64,000 nt of DNA from an uncultured Nitrososphaerales archaeon (lineage in GTDB: Archaea; Thermoproteota; Nitrososphaeria; Nitrososphaerales; Nitrososphaeraceae), in NCBI GenBank assembly GCA_963713605.1, contig CAVQMO010000015.1, positions 95,679 to 159,678 of the forward strand. Reading direction: 5' to 3'. Of this stretch, positions 22,680-33,271 are shown piece by piece. The notes beneath the pieces are model-generated. The model saw only the letters and a list, made by a program, of their open reading frames with translations. It was not told the origin of the DNA and did not search any database. The position numbers and the translations under genes were made by a program. Numbering within the stretch: position 1 is the stretch's first letter; each line of letters opens with the position of its first letter.

Positions 22680-24101
22680 ATGGTAATCAATAAACCTTTT
22701 AGAATTGTGATACTCGGCGCTGGCTACGCTGGAATGTTTTTAGCTATCAATCTATATCAATCATTAAAAGAAATGAGTAAAGGTGATAGAAAAGGACAGA
22801 ACAGTTCAGCCGTTGCCGAAATTATTCTTATTGATAGAAATTCATTTCATCAGTTGTTACAAGAAATCCATCTAGTTGCTGCAGGTTATAGGACCGCAGA
22901 ACAAATAAGCATTCCAATAACCTCTTTGATAAATAGGACAGAAATCAGATTCATCCAGTCAAATGTGAAAGAGATACATGCAGGCGAAAACAAAGTTATT
23001 CTAGATGGATCTGTAATTGATTATGACCTAGTCGTAATTTGTTTAGGATCCACTACAAAGTATTTTGGTATTGAAGGAGCTATGGCCAATACTCTCCCTT
23101 TCCGGTCAATCGATGATGCGACATTAGTTCACAACAAGATTCAATCCTTCCTGTTATCTCAGAGATCTTATATCGAGGATAAAATGAAGATAAGTGACGA
23201 CGATAAGAAGAGGAGCAATGACGGTAATAATATCATTATAGTCGGTGGGGGAGCAACTGGAGTAAGTCTAGGCGGAGCGATTGCCGATTTGTTAATAGAT
23301 CAAACAAAACCAAAAGAGCGACCTGACAGTCTTCCGCCTTTCAAAATTAGTTTGAACGTTACTATAGTCGAAGCGTTATCAGATATTCTTACAGGTTGGA
23401 ATTCAGAATTAGTTAGCAATTCAAGAACAATTTTAGGGTCAAAAGGCGTAAGGATTTTGACTAGTTCAGTAGTATCCAAGATAGAACAAGATAATCTTAT
23501 TCTCAAAGATGGTTCAATAATCACCTCATCTCTTATCATTTGGACAGCGGGCGTAAAAGGCTATGAAATCAAAGTGACACCACAAATAGACAAAACTAAG
23601 GACGGTAGAATTATTGTGAATAGATTTTGCCAGATCGACAATTATCCCAACATTTTTGTAATTGGCGATATTGCCGCTGTAAAGGATAACCTCGGAAAAA
23701 TATATCCACCTATTGCACAGATAGCGGTACGAGAGGCCAAGTATTTAGCAGATATTATACCTAAATGTTTTAGCAAACTCGATCATGAAAGTACTAATAT
23801 CAAGAATCTCATAATACTGGAGGATCAAGATGTCTTCGAATACGATATCAAAGTACAAATTATTTCATTAGGAGCTGATGATTATGTCGGCATATTTGGT
23901 AAGCATGTAATAAGTGGTAATCTTGCTAAAATGATCGACGAATTTGGCAAGCTTACTTATGTAAGATCTCTTAAAACTAGAGGAGAAGACATATCTTCAA
24001 ACCTGTATGAGAATAATCTGGTGTCAAAGATGATTGCGGGTTTCTGCTTTGCAGGTTTCGCTTTTGCAAAGTGGATAGGAGTAAAAGAACTCAAGGAATA
24101 A
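22680..24101 (+). CDS. FAD-dependent oxidoreductase, type II NADH dehydrogenase-like
   Basis: GAGYAG, GGGATG, IWTAGVK, FVIGDIA, PPIAQIA motifs; C-terminal hydrophobic tail. Confidence 0.85.
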   Translation: MVINKPFRIVILGAGYAGMFLAINLYQSLKEMSKGDRKGQNSSAVAEIILIDRNSFHQLLQEIHLVAAGYRTAEQISIPITSLINRTEIRFIQSNVKEIHAGENKVILDGSVIDYDLVVICLGSTTKYFGIEGAMANTLPFRSIDDATLVHNKIQSFLLSQRSYIEDKMKISDDDKKRSNDGNNIIIVGGGATGVSLGGAIADLLIDQTKPKERPDSLPPFKISLNVTIVEALSDILTGWNSELVSNSRTILGSKGVRILTSSVVSKIEQDNLILKDGSIITSSLIIWTAGVKGYEIKVTPQIDKTKDGRIIVNRFCQIDNYPNIFVIGDIAAVKDNLGKIYPPIAQIAVREAKYLADIIPKCFSKLDHESTNIKNLIILEDQDVFEYDIKVQIISLGADDYVGIFGKHVISGNLAKMIDEFGKLTYVRSLKTRGEDISSNLYENNLVSKMIAGFCFAGFAFAKWIGVKELKE

Positions 24102-24287
24102 CAATTCTTCCGATTTAATTGCCTAATACACAACGGAATCGATTTGGTCATTGGCATGCTGGGAAATGTATCAACAAGTCTACAGGATTCGGTTGTCAGC
24201 TTCCTCTTCATTTGTCTCTGGATGACCCAAAGTTATGCAACTCTATGACTTCATGTGAGCAAGCCAGTGCTGGAAGTAGGATAGCAT

Positions 24288-24602
24288 ATGGGGGGTTGTT
24301 ATGATAGAAATGATAATCCACGTAGTTATTGTGATGACTATGCAATAGAGGAAGCAAAAAAGGGTTTGGGTTGGTTCTGTGAATCTGTCTGTAATAACTA
24401 TAAAGAGATAACGGCTAAACATGAAGGCTGTGACAATTTCATAAGATGTGAAGATTCGCCTCCTCCACGTTTTTGTGTAAAGAAGGAACCTTCTGTAGCA
24501 TTAGTCTGTGATCTAAGTCGTAAAACTAACAGAGATTATTGTTTCTCAGACGAAGATGACTGTCTACCTCATTTAGATGGAAGTAGATGTAAATCTAATT
24601 AA
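24288..24602 (+). CDS. Cys-rich protein, probably a fragment of a secreted protein
   Basis: 104 aa with many Cys; no signal peptide; upstream frames also Cys-rich. Confidence 0.45.
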   Translation: MGGCYDRNDNPRSYCDDYAIEEAKKGLGWFCESVCNNYKEITAKHEGCDNFIRCEDSPPPRFCVKKEPSVALVCDLSRKTNRDYCFSDEDDCLPHLDGSRCKSN

Positions 24603-24721
24603 AACTCAAACACAGGTGTCACAAGGTATTTCCACCGGAAATGAGTATTTTGAACGACATCTCTCATGAAGAATAGAGCATGATTTGAACGCTATATCAA
24701 GAGATATCTGTTTAAGATTTA

Positions 24722-24765
24722 GAGCCCAAAATTTATGTCAAAAGTGGTTCACATACCCTTGGGCC
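24722..24765 (+). repeat. 44-bp direct repeat, copy 1, with internal inverted ends GCCCAA/TTGGGC
   Basis: 42/44 identical to 26334-26377. Confidence 0.9.
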
Positions 24766-24891
24766 CAATGTAATATTGCTTCTCAAATAGGATTCTCTAA
24801 CCAGAAGGAAAGAGAAACCAGATTGAGCACATAACACTTAGACTAGTTATTATTCTGGCCATCAAATTATCGGCTTTCGCTGGAAGAAGAG

Positions 24892-26175
24892 TTAGAACCC
24901 GTATTTGTAACTTCTTGAAGTCATATTACCAATAGTGGGAGAAACAAAGGAATGTGAAAGACCTGAATGTGATTCAAGCCATGCATAAAGATCTGCTAAA
25001 ACATAAGGTTCAATTGGTCCAATTTCAGTGAACCACTGAGGTGAGGGATAGAAGAGGTGTCCCAAATTAGGATAAGTTATCAACATGTGGTCAGGGTGAT
25101 TTACGTCAGTTAGCCTTTGTTGTAGGAGAAATGCTTGCTGAACTGTAGTTTGACTATCATTTTCTCCATTGAGTATTAGGATGTCTGTAAAGTTAGAGAT
25201 ATTGCCAATGATGCTTAAAGTGGGTATCAGATTAAGCTCCCATCTTAACCATACAGGACAGCCTCTAATATTGTTGCATTTGGACAGATTAAAAGCCGTC
25301 TGATTTTCATAATACTTTATCAATTCAGGTCTGATTTGTTTCTGAATACTTACATCATCAGTAGTACCAAATTTCTCGACTAGGCTGTCAGTTATAGCCT
25401 TGGTATTATTAGAATCCAAAAGGGAAGATGATACCAAATAAAACCCTAACAAAGGATCCTTTGCTATTTGCTGTATCGATATCATTCCGGTGTGATTTTT
25501 ATCCAGAACTTGCGTAGCGTACTCTAATGGGTGATCTACCACTTGGTAGCGCAGGATATCTCCGACAAGGTTCTGGGCTGGAGCGCCCATAAGTATTAAA
25601 TTCTTCACCTTGGTTGAATTATCTATTGCTAACCTCGGAGCAATAATTGTACCTTCACTATGACCAATTACACTTATCCTTTGAGGATCTACTTCAGGTT
25701 GTACTGCTAGAATATTCAAAGCATTCCCTGCATCATGAATTAGATCATCGACTGTAGCATTTCCCCATACATTCTGATCAGTTATGTGGTTTGCACCTAC
25801 GCCTCTCTTATCATATCTGAGTACTGCAAAACCTCTTTCTGATAGATATTGAGTGATTTGCCAATACGGTTTAGGAACATCATTGTGAACATCTGATCCC
25901 GTAGTTTCATTCTTATTAAGAGCACCAGAACCATGAATGAGCAGCACAGCAGGAAATGGTCCATTTCCCTCTGCGGGAAGTGTTAATTGAGCATTGGTCT
26001 TTACTCCATTTCCTAAATCTATTATGAGATCTCTATATTTTATTGTTGGAATGTATTGTTGAGCTAGCGCATGGTCTTGTTGTTTAAAAAAAGTAGTAGA
26101 CAAACAAGATAATCCAAGCGTACCTATCAAAAATAATCCCAAAGTTAGGTTCACACATGTTGTACAATAGCACAA
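24892..26175 (-). CDS. Secreted alpha/beta hydrolase (serine aminopeptidase S33-like)
   Basis: LIHGSG, RYDKRG, GHSEG nucleophile, GEND, YPNLGHLF. Confidence 0.9.
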   Translation of the reverse strand: MCYCTTCVNLTLGLFLIGTLGLSCLSTTFFKQQDHALAQQYIPTIKYRDLIIDLGNGVKTNAQLTLPAEGNGPFPAVLLIHGSGALNKNETTGSDVHNDVPKPYWQITQYLSERGFAVLRYDKRGVGANHITDQNVWGNATVDDLIHDAGNALNILAVQPEVDPQRISVIGHSEGTIIAPRLAIDNSTKVKNLILMGAPAQNLVGDILRYQVVDHPLEYATQVLDKNHTGMISIQQIAKDPLLGFYLVSSSLLDSNNTKAITDSLVEKFGTTDDVSIQKQIRPELIKYYENQTAFNLSKCNNIRGCPVWLRWELNLIPTLSIIGNISNFTDILILNGENDSQTTVQQAFLLQQRLTDVNHPDHMLITYPNLGHLFYPSPQWFTEIGPIEPYVLADLYAWLESHSGLSHSFVSPTIGNMTSRSYKYGF

Positions 26176-26333
26176 TTATAATAAAAGGAACTGATGCTTG
26201 TATTTGAGGATTTATGTTTAAAATATTGACTATAGGCTTCTCTATATTCCAGATTACTTACGTGAATTAGTCAGGACAAATAGTAAATCTAGATCAAAAA
26301 TAAGAACAGTCCCGGTCTTTAGAAATTGTGGAT

Positions 26334-26377
26334 GAGCCCAAAATTTAAGTCAAAAATGGTTCACATACCCTTGGGCC
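26334..26377 (+). repeat. 44-bp direct repeat, copy 2
   Basis: GAGCCCAAAATTTAAGTCAAAAATGGTTCACATACCCTTGGGCC. Confidence 0.9.
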
Positions 26378-26956
26378 ATTAGAGATCTAAAACTATCATT
26401 CTTACAAATTGATTCAACTTTTCGAGTCTATCGTAATGGGCAAAGATGGAAAACATGATTATTATGTAGGAATAGACATCGTATAGTAGTATAAACCAAG
26501 AATTAAGACTAAGACTTTAGCATGCCCTATTAAGTGAACTGTATTTTGGTGTATATTTCTTCTTCTCTTAAAGCATTCTTAATCATGAGTTACTAGTGAG
26601 TCGTTAACTCTGGTAGTGTTCACATTCATTATCTCTTCTTTAATCATTCATATTATGCATGTAAGAGAACATCCAACGAGACCCCGGACCAGCGGATATC
26701 AAATTTTATGGTTTAGAAAGACAAGATATGTCACTGGGAAAGAGAAATCAAAGCTGACATAGAATGGAGATAACTTGACTAGCCTAATATTCGCAAAAGT
26801 GAAGTCAAAATTATAACCATCTTTTTTATTGGGCAAGTAGCAGACAGCTGCATCAAATGTATTCAATGTAATCATTTTTATGTTTTAGTTTCATTCTAAT
26901 TTATTAAGACCAACCAGCAGCTGTAAGTCAAACGCGGAAAAGCTGGGGTAGATGAG

Positions 26957-27385
26957 ATGGATAATATTCAAGAATTAACATATAATCATAGTAATAATAA
27001 ATTTGCAACAGAAAAGAAAACAATAATGATATGTGAAGATGAACCAGACGTGCTATTATCATTTGAGCTGGTACTCAAGTCAATGTATAACATTATTCCA
27101 GTTAGTTCTGGTAAAGATTGTATAATTAAGTACAAAGAAGAAAATAACCGGGGAAATAAAATAAATCTCATACTATTAGATTACAGATTGGGTGATATGT
27201 TTGGCGACTCTGTTGCTCGTACAATAAAACAGTATAACGAAACTAGAATTATTCTAATCTCAGCATTTGATCTAGATCATGCATTGTTGAAAGAATTAGA
27301 AGATGGAGATTACATAGCAAAATACGTGGAAAAACCGATTTATGCTAATCGACTTATAGATCTAGTATCTGATACGATAAGCTAA
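26957..27385 (+). CDS. Standalone response-regulator receiver protein
   Basis: ICEDEPD, LLDYRL, ISAF, EKP; close paralog of 47389-47802. Confidence 0.9.
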   Translation: MDNIQELTYNHSNNKFATEKKTIMICEDEPDVLLSFELVLKSMYNIIPVSSGKDCIIKYKEENNRGNKINLILLDYRLGDMFGDSVARTIKQYNETRIILISAFDLDHALLKELEDGDYIAKYVEKPIYANRLIDLVSDTIS

Positions 27386-27387
27386 GA

Positions 27388-27801
27388 TTGCTTGTCTATG
27401 CAATAACAACTAAAGTTGCATGGTCCAATGTGATGTCAAGCTTACTTCATTCGCGTTTGAAGATTTTCGAGCTTCCGCTTCTCAGACTGGCCCAGACAAT
27501 AAATCAACATTACATGGTTATGGCAACTAGTAACTTTACAAAAGATGCTGGTTTTAAAGAAAGCAAGGAGGGATTGAGTACAATCCCTTATTATGGTAAT
27601 GGTAGTGTAGGCGGTGTTAATACTACTATGTCGGACACTTTTCAGGTTCTAATTAGACATAACTTGGGAGAAAATTGCTCTTATGTTTGGAATAAAATGT
27701 TCACTCAATTTTTTACACGTCTACGAAACTCCATAGAATACGAGATAGAATATGATGAGACAATGATTTCTATCAGATTAAAAGTAAAGCAAGGCGAATA
27801 A
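27388..27801 (+). CDS. Hypothetical protein, C-terminus (IRHNLGENCS..W) resembles a Nitrososphaera family; possibly a fragment
   Basis: 137-aa ORF with TTG start. Confidence 0.35.
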   Translation: MLVYAITTKVAWSNVMSSLLHSRLKIFELPLLRLAQTINQHYMVMATSNFTKDAGFKESKEGLSTIPYYGNGSVGGVNTTMSDTFQVLIRHNLGENCSYVWNKMFTQFFTRLRNSIEYEIEYDETMISIRLKVKQGE

Positions 27802-27897
27802 ATCGATAGACAGATTAATGCCAGAACATCAAAGACAACCTGAATGCATCCAACAGATCATCATGACTCGTTGCATCTTTAGTAATAGTACTAAGTG

Positions 27898-28479
27898 TCA
27901 TCCAGATGGACTAAATAAAGCAAGACCACAGTTGCTGCAATATTTGGGCTTACTATAGTAATTGTTACCACATCTGGGGCATTTGTATATACTCTTAGAC
28001 TCTTCAAGTAGAGTCTGGCGTAGACTCTTCATCATGATAACGAGCCCGTTAAAATCTTCTTCGGTCAGTTTTTCGATTCCCTCGACTTTGTCTTTTATTG
28101 TTGCCTTCGTCTCATTTGCTAATACTCTAGCCTTACCTTCGGCCTTTGGCTTTAATCTTTCCTGCATACGCTGAACTCTATCCTGCGAGATTATGCCTAC
28201 TAAGGTTACGACGATACCAATTCCTGCAAACATCACTATTACCGCTACTATTCTACCGAGCGGCGTTATTGGAGTATAATCGCCATATCCAACAGTTGTC
28301 ATCGTAGTTGCCGACCACCAAAGGGCGTCACCTAGGTTAGTTATATTCGCTCCTGGGTTGTTATATTCGGCCAGATACTCAGCAATAGCACCGAGAATTA
28401 TGACTGATAAAGTTAGGATTAGCGCACTAAGGATTGTGTTCTTTTCTTGTAGAAATGTCTTGAAGCGGGTACTTTTCAT
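27898..28479 (-). CDS. Two-TM potassium channel with C-terminal zinc ribbon
   Basis: DALWWS..TMTTVGYGD filter; CPRC-x9-CSNC tail. Confidence 0.9.
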   Translation of the reverse strand: MKSTRFKTFLQEKNTILSALILTLSVIILGAIAEYLAEYNNPGANITNLGDALWWSATTMTTVGYGDYTPITPLGRIVAVIVMFAGIGIVVTLVGIISQDRVQRMQERLKPKAEGKARVLANETKATIKDKVEGIEKLTEEDFNGLVIMMKSLRQTLLEESKSIYKCPRCGNNYYSKPKYCSNCGLALFSPSG

Positions 28480-28987
28480 AAATACACTAGCATTCCTGCA
28501 AATATTGCGTTAGTTGGTGTGTACTTGTTTGCTCTATTATTTAGCACATCGCAATGCGGCTTTCACATTTGGTTAATACAGGTTGAGTTTTTATCTTCAA
28601 GAAATATTTAATGCCAAAGTTTTAACATTTGAATGTTTCATAATTCTATCATTATTATTATTAAGTATACTTTGTTCAATACTGAGTAGGAAATCTAAAA
28701 CATTGTCTAATGTCAGAACTGCAGAGACAGCCTAAAACTGTCGAATAAGTCCCATGACTAGTTTCTTCCTTATTCCTAAAAACTGGGACTTACCAATACT
28801 ACTACCGCTGCTAATACTCGTAAGAGCAGCAGCAAGAAAACTAAGCAATGATCAGGTTCCTAGGGCACACTATTACATCACTTTGAAATTAACTGGTTAA
28901 TCTTATCAATCAACCCCTGATTCTCAACGGGCGACAAGCTCTTTAGAAATATTCTAAATATATATAAAAAATAGAACGTAGCTGACT

Positions 28988-29305
28988 TCACCAATGCCTG
29001 TTGCTGTATTTATCGAGGTAATCGGCGATTTCATCAAATGACAGACCCGAGTCATTCATTTCTATTAGTAAGTTTCTATCAATGCCAGCATATCTCAATG
29101 CAATTAGTACGCCCAATAACTTTGTAGTGGCATGCGAATCATCTTTACCATCCCATCCATAGTACGACATTAAAACACCAATTGTGCATCGACCGTTATG
29201 GCCATCAGAATACCGCTCAGTAATCTGTTTAAACTGCTTTCCGTATGTACGTAGAATCTGAGAGACAGTCAGTTGTTGTTTTAATAGTTGCTGCTGCTTA
29301 CCCAT
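28988..29305 (-). CDS. Small uncharacterised protein, repeated family X copy 1
   Basis: QILRTYGK, GRC..GVLMSY.GWDG, NDSG..FDEIADYL; paralogs at 30323 and ~38460. Confidence 0.8.
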   Translation of the reverse strand: MGKQQQLLKQQLTVSQILRTYGKQFKQITERYSDGHNGRCTIGVLMSYYGWDGKDDSHATTKLLGVLIALRYAGIDRNLLIEMNDSGLSFDEIADYLDKYSNRHW

Positions 29306-29591
29306 TGTACCATTATTATGACCTACAAGCTATTTAGAAACTATATCAAAGAGATTGCTACATTAGAATATTAGTAAGCTTTTCATGAGCATTTAAATAA
29401 ATGCCTAAAAATATTAGGTTCTTCTAGCACTGGTAATATTTTATCAGTATAATAGTCATAACAATTATCCCGGGTCAGCAAATATTAGAATTAATCATAT
29501 TCCGAGGGCAATGAAATACATACCTATATTTACACTCTATAGATACATATGATAACTAATAAAAACTAAGATTACGATCAAAAACTTTGGA

Positions 29592-29876
29592 ATGGCTAGG
29601 CTTAATTTAGTATATGACTTATTGCAAACAGCAAAGATCTCTTCTAGCACTGTAGATACAAAACGAGAGAAACATACCGATCAAATTTATTTTGTGATTT
29701 GTAATTCATGTTATTGGTGTGCAACTTACTTTGGGATTAATGTATCATTATCATTGCCACTAGCTTGTCATGCTTGTGGTTTACATAATACTGAGTTGAT
29801 GCCTATATCGACCGATGAATCATTCAGAATAGAATATAATTCAACAAGAGGCATGCAGATAGAATTCTACGGGTAA
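29592..29876 (+). CDS. Small zinc-binding protein
   Basis: CNSCYWC and CHAC motifs. Confidence 0.7.
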   Translation: MARLNLVYDLLQTAKISSSTVDTKREKHTDQIYFVICNSCYWCATYFGINVSLSLPLACHACGLHNTELMPISTDESFRIEYNSTRGMQIEFYG

Positions 29877-29979
29877 TCTATCGGGTAATGACAAGTCTAA
29901 CAAGTGTCTAATCACTTACTCTATCTGAGTGATATTGAGTAGAACTTTCACTGTCACAGTAGTGTAATTTTATCCGCAA

Positions 29980-30288
29980 TTATTCGCTAATATCAATTGT
30001 TCTATTAGCTGATATTTCAAGAAGTGGGCTAAAGGCCTTCCAAAATTCTTGACTGCTAATATTAATGATAGGGCTGTCTGTTTCTGTTTTATTTGCTTCT
30101 AACCATATTATAACTATGTGTTTATCATCTGATTCTAACTTAATATTGGTAGAATTTAATGATGATTGTGTTGAATTGTTTCGACTAATGTTATCATTTA
30201 GTGGACTTTGCTGAGCTACAGCAAATGTAGTTTCATTGAAAACAAATAGAATCATAACTGATACTACCATTATAAGGTTATTTTTCAA
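29980..30288 (-). CDS. Small secreted protein, family Y copy 1
   Basis: Signal peptide; IV..WLE...P.I.IS...FWK.F.PLLE shared with 38819-39067. Confidence 0.75.
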   Translation of the reverse strand: MKNNLIMVVSVMILFVFNETTFAVAQQSPLNDNISRNNSTQSSLNSTNIKLESDDKHIVIIWLEANKTETDSPIINISSQEFWKAFSPLLEISANRTIDISE

Positions 30289-30322
30289 AGTGTCACCTAA
30301 AAATATATGAATGATTTAACAA

Positions 30323-30613
30323 TCATAATCTACTATTATCGAATTTGTCTAGGTAATCGGCGATCTCATCAAACGTCATACCAGAATCATTCAGATCAAT
30401 CATGAAAAAATCATCATGAAGGCCAGTTTTTGCTAAGGCGGCTTGTACACTCATAGTTATATCAGAATTAGGGTTACCATCCCAGCCGAAATAAGACAAG
30501 ATGACACCCATCGCGCATCTTCCGTTAATTCCATCAGTGTATTGCTCTCTGATCTGTATATACTGCTTACCATATGTACGCAGAATCTGAGAAGCAGTCA
30601 ATTCACTTTTCAA
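30323..30613 (-). CDS. Small uncharacterised protein, family X copy 2
   Basis: Same motifs as 28988-29305; shares upstream CAAGCTATTTAGAAA. Confidence 0.8.
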   Translation of the reverse strand: MKSELTASQILRTYGKQYIQIREQYTDGINGRCAMGVILSYFGWDGNPNSDITMSVQAALAKTGLHDDFFMIDLNDSGMTFDEIADYLDKFDNSRL

Positions 30614-30900
30614 TAGTTGCTGCTGTGCAACAAGCTATTTAGAAAGTATAACAGAAGACAAAGATAACATAGTTTCTAAACATACCGACCTGAATCATTA
30701 TATAGTATTATGCCCTTGTAGAATTTGCAAGGTATCTGTAAATCCGTATTTGTTGATGTTCACTATGCAATCCTTTCAATTATTAATACGTAATTCTATC
30801 CTACCCTAATTATAGACTTTTGTTTATTGGCGTTACAAATTTATAGGAAGGGGGGATGGATGAGATGATATGAGATATCATATCCCCTAAGATAGTTGAC

Positions 30901-31116
30901 TTATAAAGGCACTTTTTCCCTTCTTTGTTTCAGCTTTTTAAAATAGATATTCAATCTCTGCCTATCTATTTTCTGTTTCCTCAGCTCAAATAATCTGTTT
31001 CTTGTGGATTCAAATATAAATTCTGGGACACTTCGATATAAACCATCTTTTATTACAGTTTTGTCAATAATATCGTGGAGTTCAGCAGGGATACTAAGAT
31101 GAATTGGTTTTCTCAA
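30901..31116 (-). CDS. Ribbon-helix-helix DNA-binding protein
   Basis: IHLSIPAEL...ID......YRSVPEFIFES pattern. Confidence 0.65.
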   Translation of the reverse strand: MRKPIHLSIPAELHDIIDKTVIKDGLYRSVPEFIFESTRNRLFELRKQKIDRQRLNIYFKKLKQRREKVPL

Positions 31117-31427
31117 CTAACTAATATTAGTAAAGTAGATGTCACTTAAATGACTTTCCTAGGCCGTCATCGTATATTTTTAATTGCATTCCCTTGATTT
31201 TGTAGTTACATGGAAACTTGCAGAACGGCAAAGTCAGAGATAATGCGTATCACAACTCCAAACCTAAACTATGACCATTCAGGAGAGTGCTTTTTATTCA
31301 GTATTGGATTTCAAAGGACCGTAGTCAGATCTGCCTTCCCTTGATATTTCTCCAACTTTTTCCTCTGCGAATAACCTTTAATAGATAACTCTACCCCAGT
31401 TTAATCTTTGTTCACTTATGGCTTCCC

Positions 31428-31745
31428 TTATCTCTGTTGTGCTCTAACTAGAGTCTTGTTTCTACCTTGACTATCAGTTATAGTTATTTCTGAACGTATG
31501 ATGTCCGCATCCGGACTTACCAAATATTCATTTGCGTTAGAATCAAAGACATCTTCATATCTGTCATATTCGTCGTATGTCCGCTCCAGCCCACTATACT
31601 CAGAAACATACGTCCTAAAAACGTCTGAATGGTTATTACTACCTAGACCAGAAGCAACACCCTTAGACCTTTTCTGAGGTTTTAAGTCCATGAAATCTTC
31701 CTTCTTATCTTTCTTGTTAGCATTAGATTTAGTATTAGATTTCAA
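31428..31745 (-). CDS. Hypothetical protein
   Basis: 105-aa ORF, no recognised motif. Confidence 0.45.
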   Translation of the reverse strand: MKSNTKSNANKKDKKEDFMDLKPQKRSKGVASGLGSNNHSDVFRTYVSEYSGLERTYDEYDRYEDVFDSNANEYLVSPDADIIRSEITITDSQGRNKTLVRAQQR

Positions 31746-32351
31746 CCCATCTATTACAGATATTAATACCTTCGGTTCATAAAAAGGTTAGACTAACAAT
31801 AGTAACTTGTTTCATCCTTATATTATGGTAGCAACGGCATATCCAATGCCAGTTTAATTTTTGCTCACCAATAGTCCCTTAAATATTCGCTAAAACATAT
31901 TGAGCATTCAAGTCTACCAAGTTCTCGGGCACAGCCGAAGTCTAGCTTGACTGCAAAAACTCGCTCTCCCGATTAGTTGTTTTCAACATACCTAACTAAA
32001 CTAGTAACCCTTTATGCCCACGTAAGCTATTCCTAATCGCCAGCATAGAAACATCGCTTGGTTTCAATTAGATTTAAGACAACATATAGCTAGCCTTAGA
32101 ACATCCAGTATCATGAAATGCTGAGTTAGTCTTATCTAAGGAATACGGATTTACGCCTTTGTTATTTGCACTCTAATATGTTGGATATTGAAATACGGGC
32201 GATAAACATAACGAAATTTGGTGTAGTAGATTAGACTTAGGGATAGAGCTTGCATATTCTTCCATATAGTATTAGTACAAGTATTTCTTCTGAACGAGTT
32301 AACCAAAGAAATGAATTCAGCGGTGATTAGTACTGGGTGAGAAATTGAAAC

Positions 32352-32677
32352 TTGATTGATGAGAAAAAAGAACAAATGGAATATAAGACTACAGTTGACA
32401 AATTACTAGGACTTTGGCACAAGACGACTAAAGCTATCGAGATACCCCACGCAGATGTAAAGAAAGGGTTTGACAAAATGTTAACTGAAGGCGAACAAGT
32501 ATTAATTAACGCAGAACAGAGCAGAATGATGCCAGGAGGTAACATAGCCACACCAAACTCAATCTATGTGACAAACAAGCGAATTATCTTTAGAAATCCA
32601 AGAATGTGAAAGAGAAAGGCATGATATCAGATAAAGAGTTCGAAGCAGTAAAGACAAGCTTTCTGAGTGAGATATGA
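32352..32677 (+). pseudogene. Bacterial-type PH domain start joined out of frame to a SHOCT tail (internal deletion)
   Basis: MLTEGEQV...TPNSIYVTNKRIIFRNP, then KEKGMISDKEFEAVKTSFL in another frame at 32606-32677. Confidence 0.65.
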
Positions 32678-33271
32678 ACTCAAAAGCGCTGCCGTATTAG
32701 CAGTATTTGGATTCAATCGTTCTGAAAATGTATGTCTTCAAAAAAGATAGTCGACTCAATGATCTAAAGTTATTGCAGCAAGTAGTTTTTCTAAACTAGT
32801 AAAACGGAATCAATGAATAAAAGTATAGGAAGCCGATCAAGCTTTGATTATACGTTATGACTGCTTAATTAGCTTTCGAATTTCCATATAGAGCTGTATA
32901 GGTAACGAAGTTTTATCGCGGAAACAAACTACACAAAGTATCACAGTTCTATAAATCAGCTGCGCGAAGAATCAAAAAAGAAACAAATGCAGTGTCTGAC
33001 TCCCAAACTGTATAGTTAATGAATGTACCACTGCTTACAATCCCTCTATGCAACTTCGCCGAGATAAATCCAGATCATTAGTTGAGATAATATCCTCTTG
33101 ATTAAATTCTGGATTTAGGATTGTGGTATTGATATTATTTTCAAGCACTGAAGGGTGTTGTTCGAGTCGACTAATAGTCTTCTGTAATCCACAGATACAA
33201 CAGACACAACGTCTTCCACCATGCTTATTTGCATGATCCGGTTGCCAAGCGATTATTGAGTTCTTAGGTAC

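Noticed and set aside
28746..28792. 9-bp inverted repeat TAAGTCCCA/TGGGACTTA as another copy of the 44-bp site
   Set aside because: Spacer sequence is unrelated and arm spacing differs.
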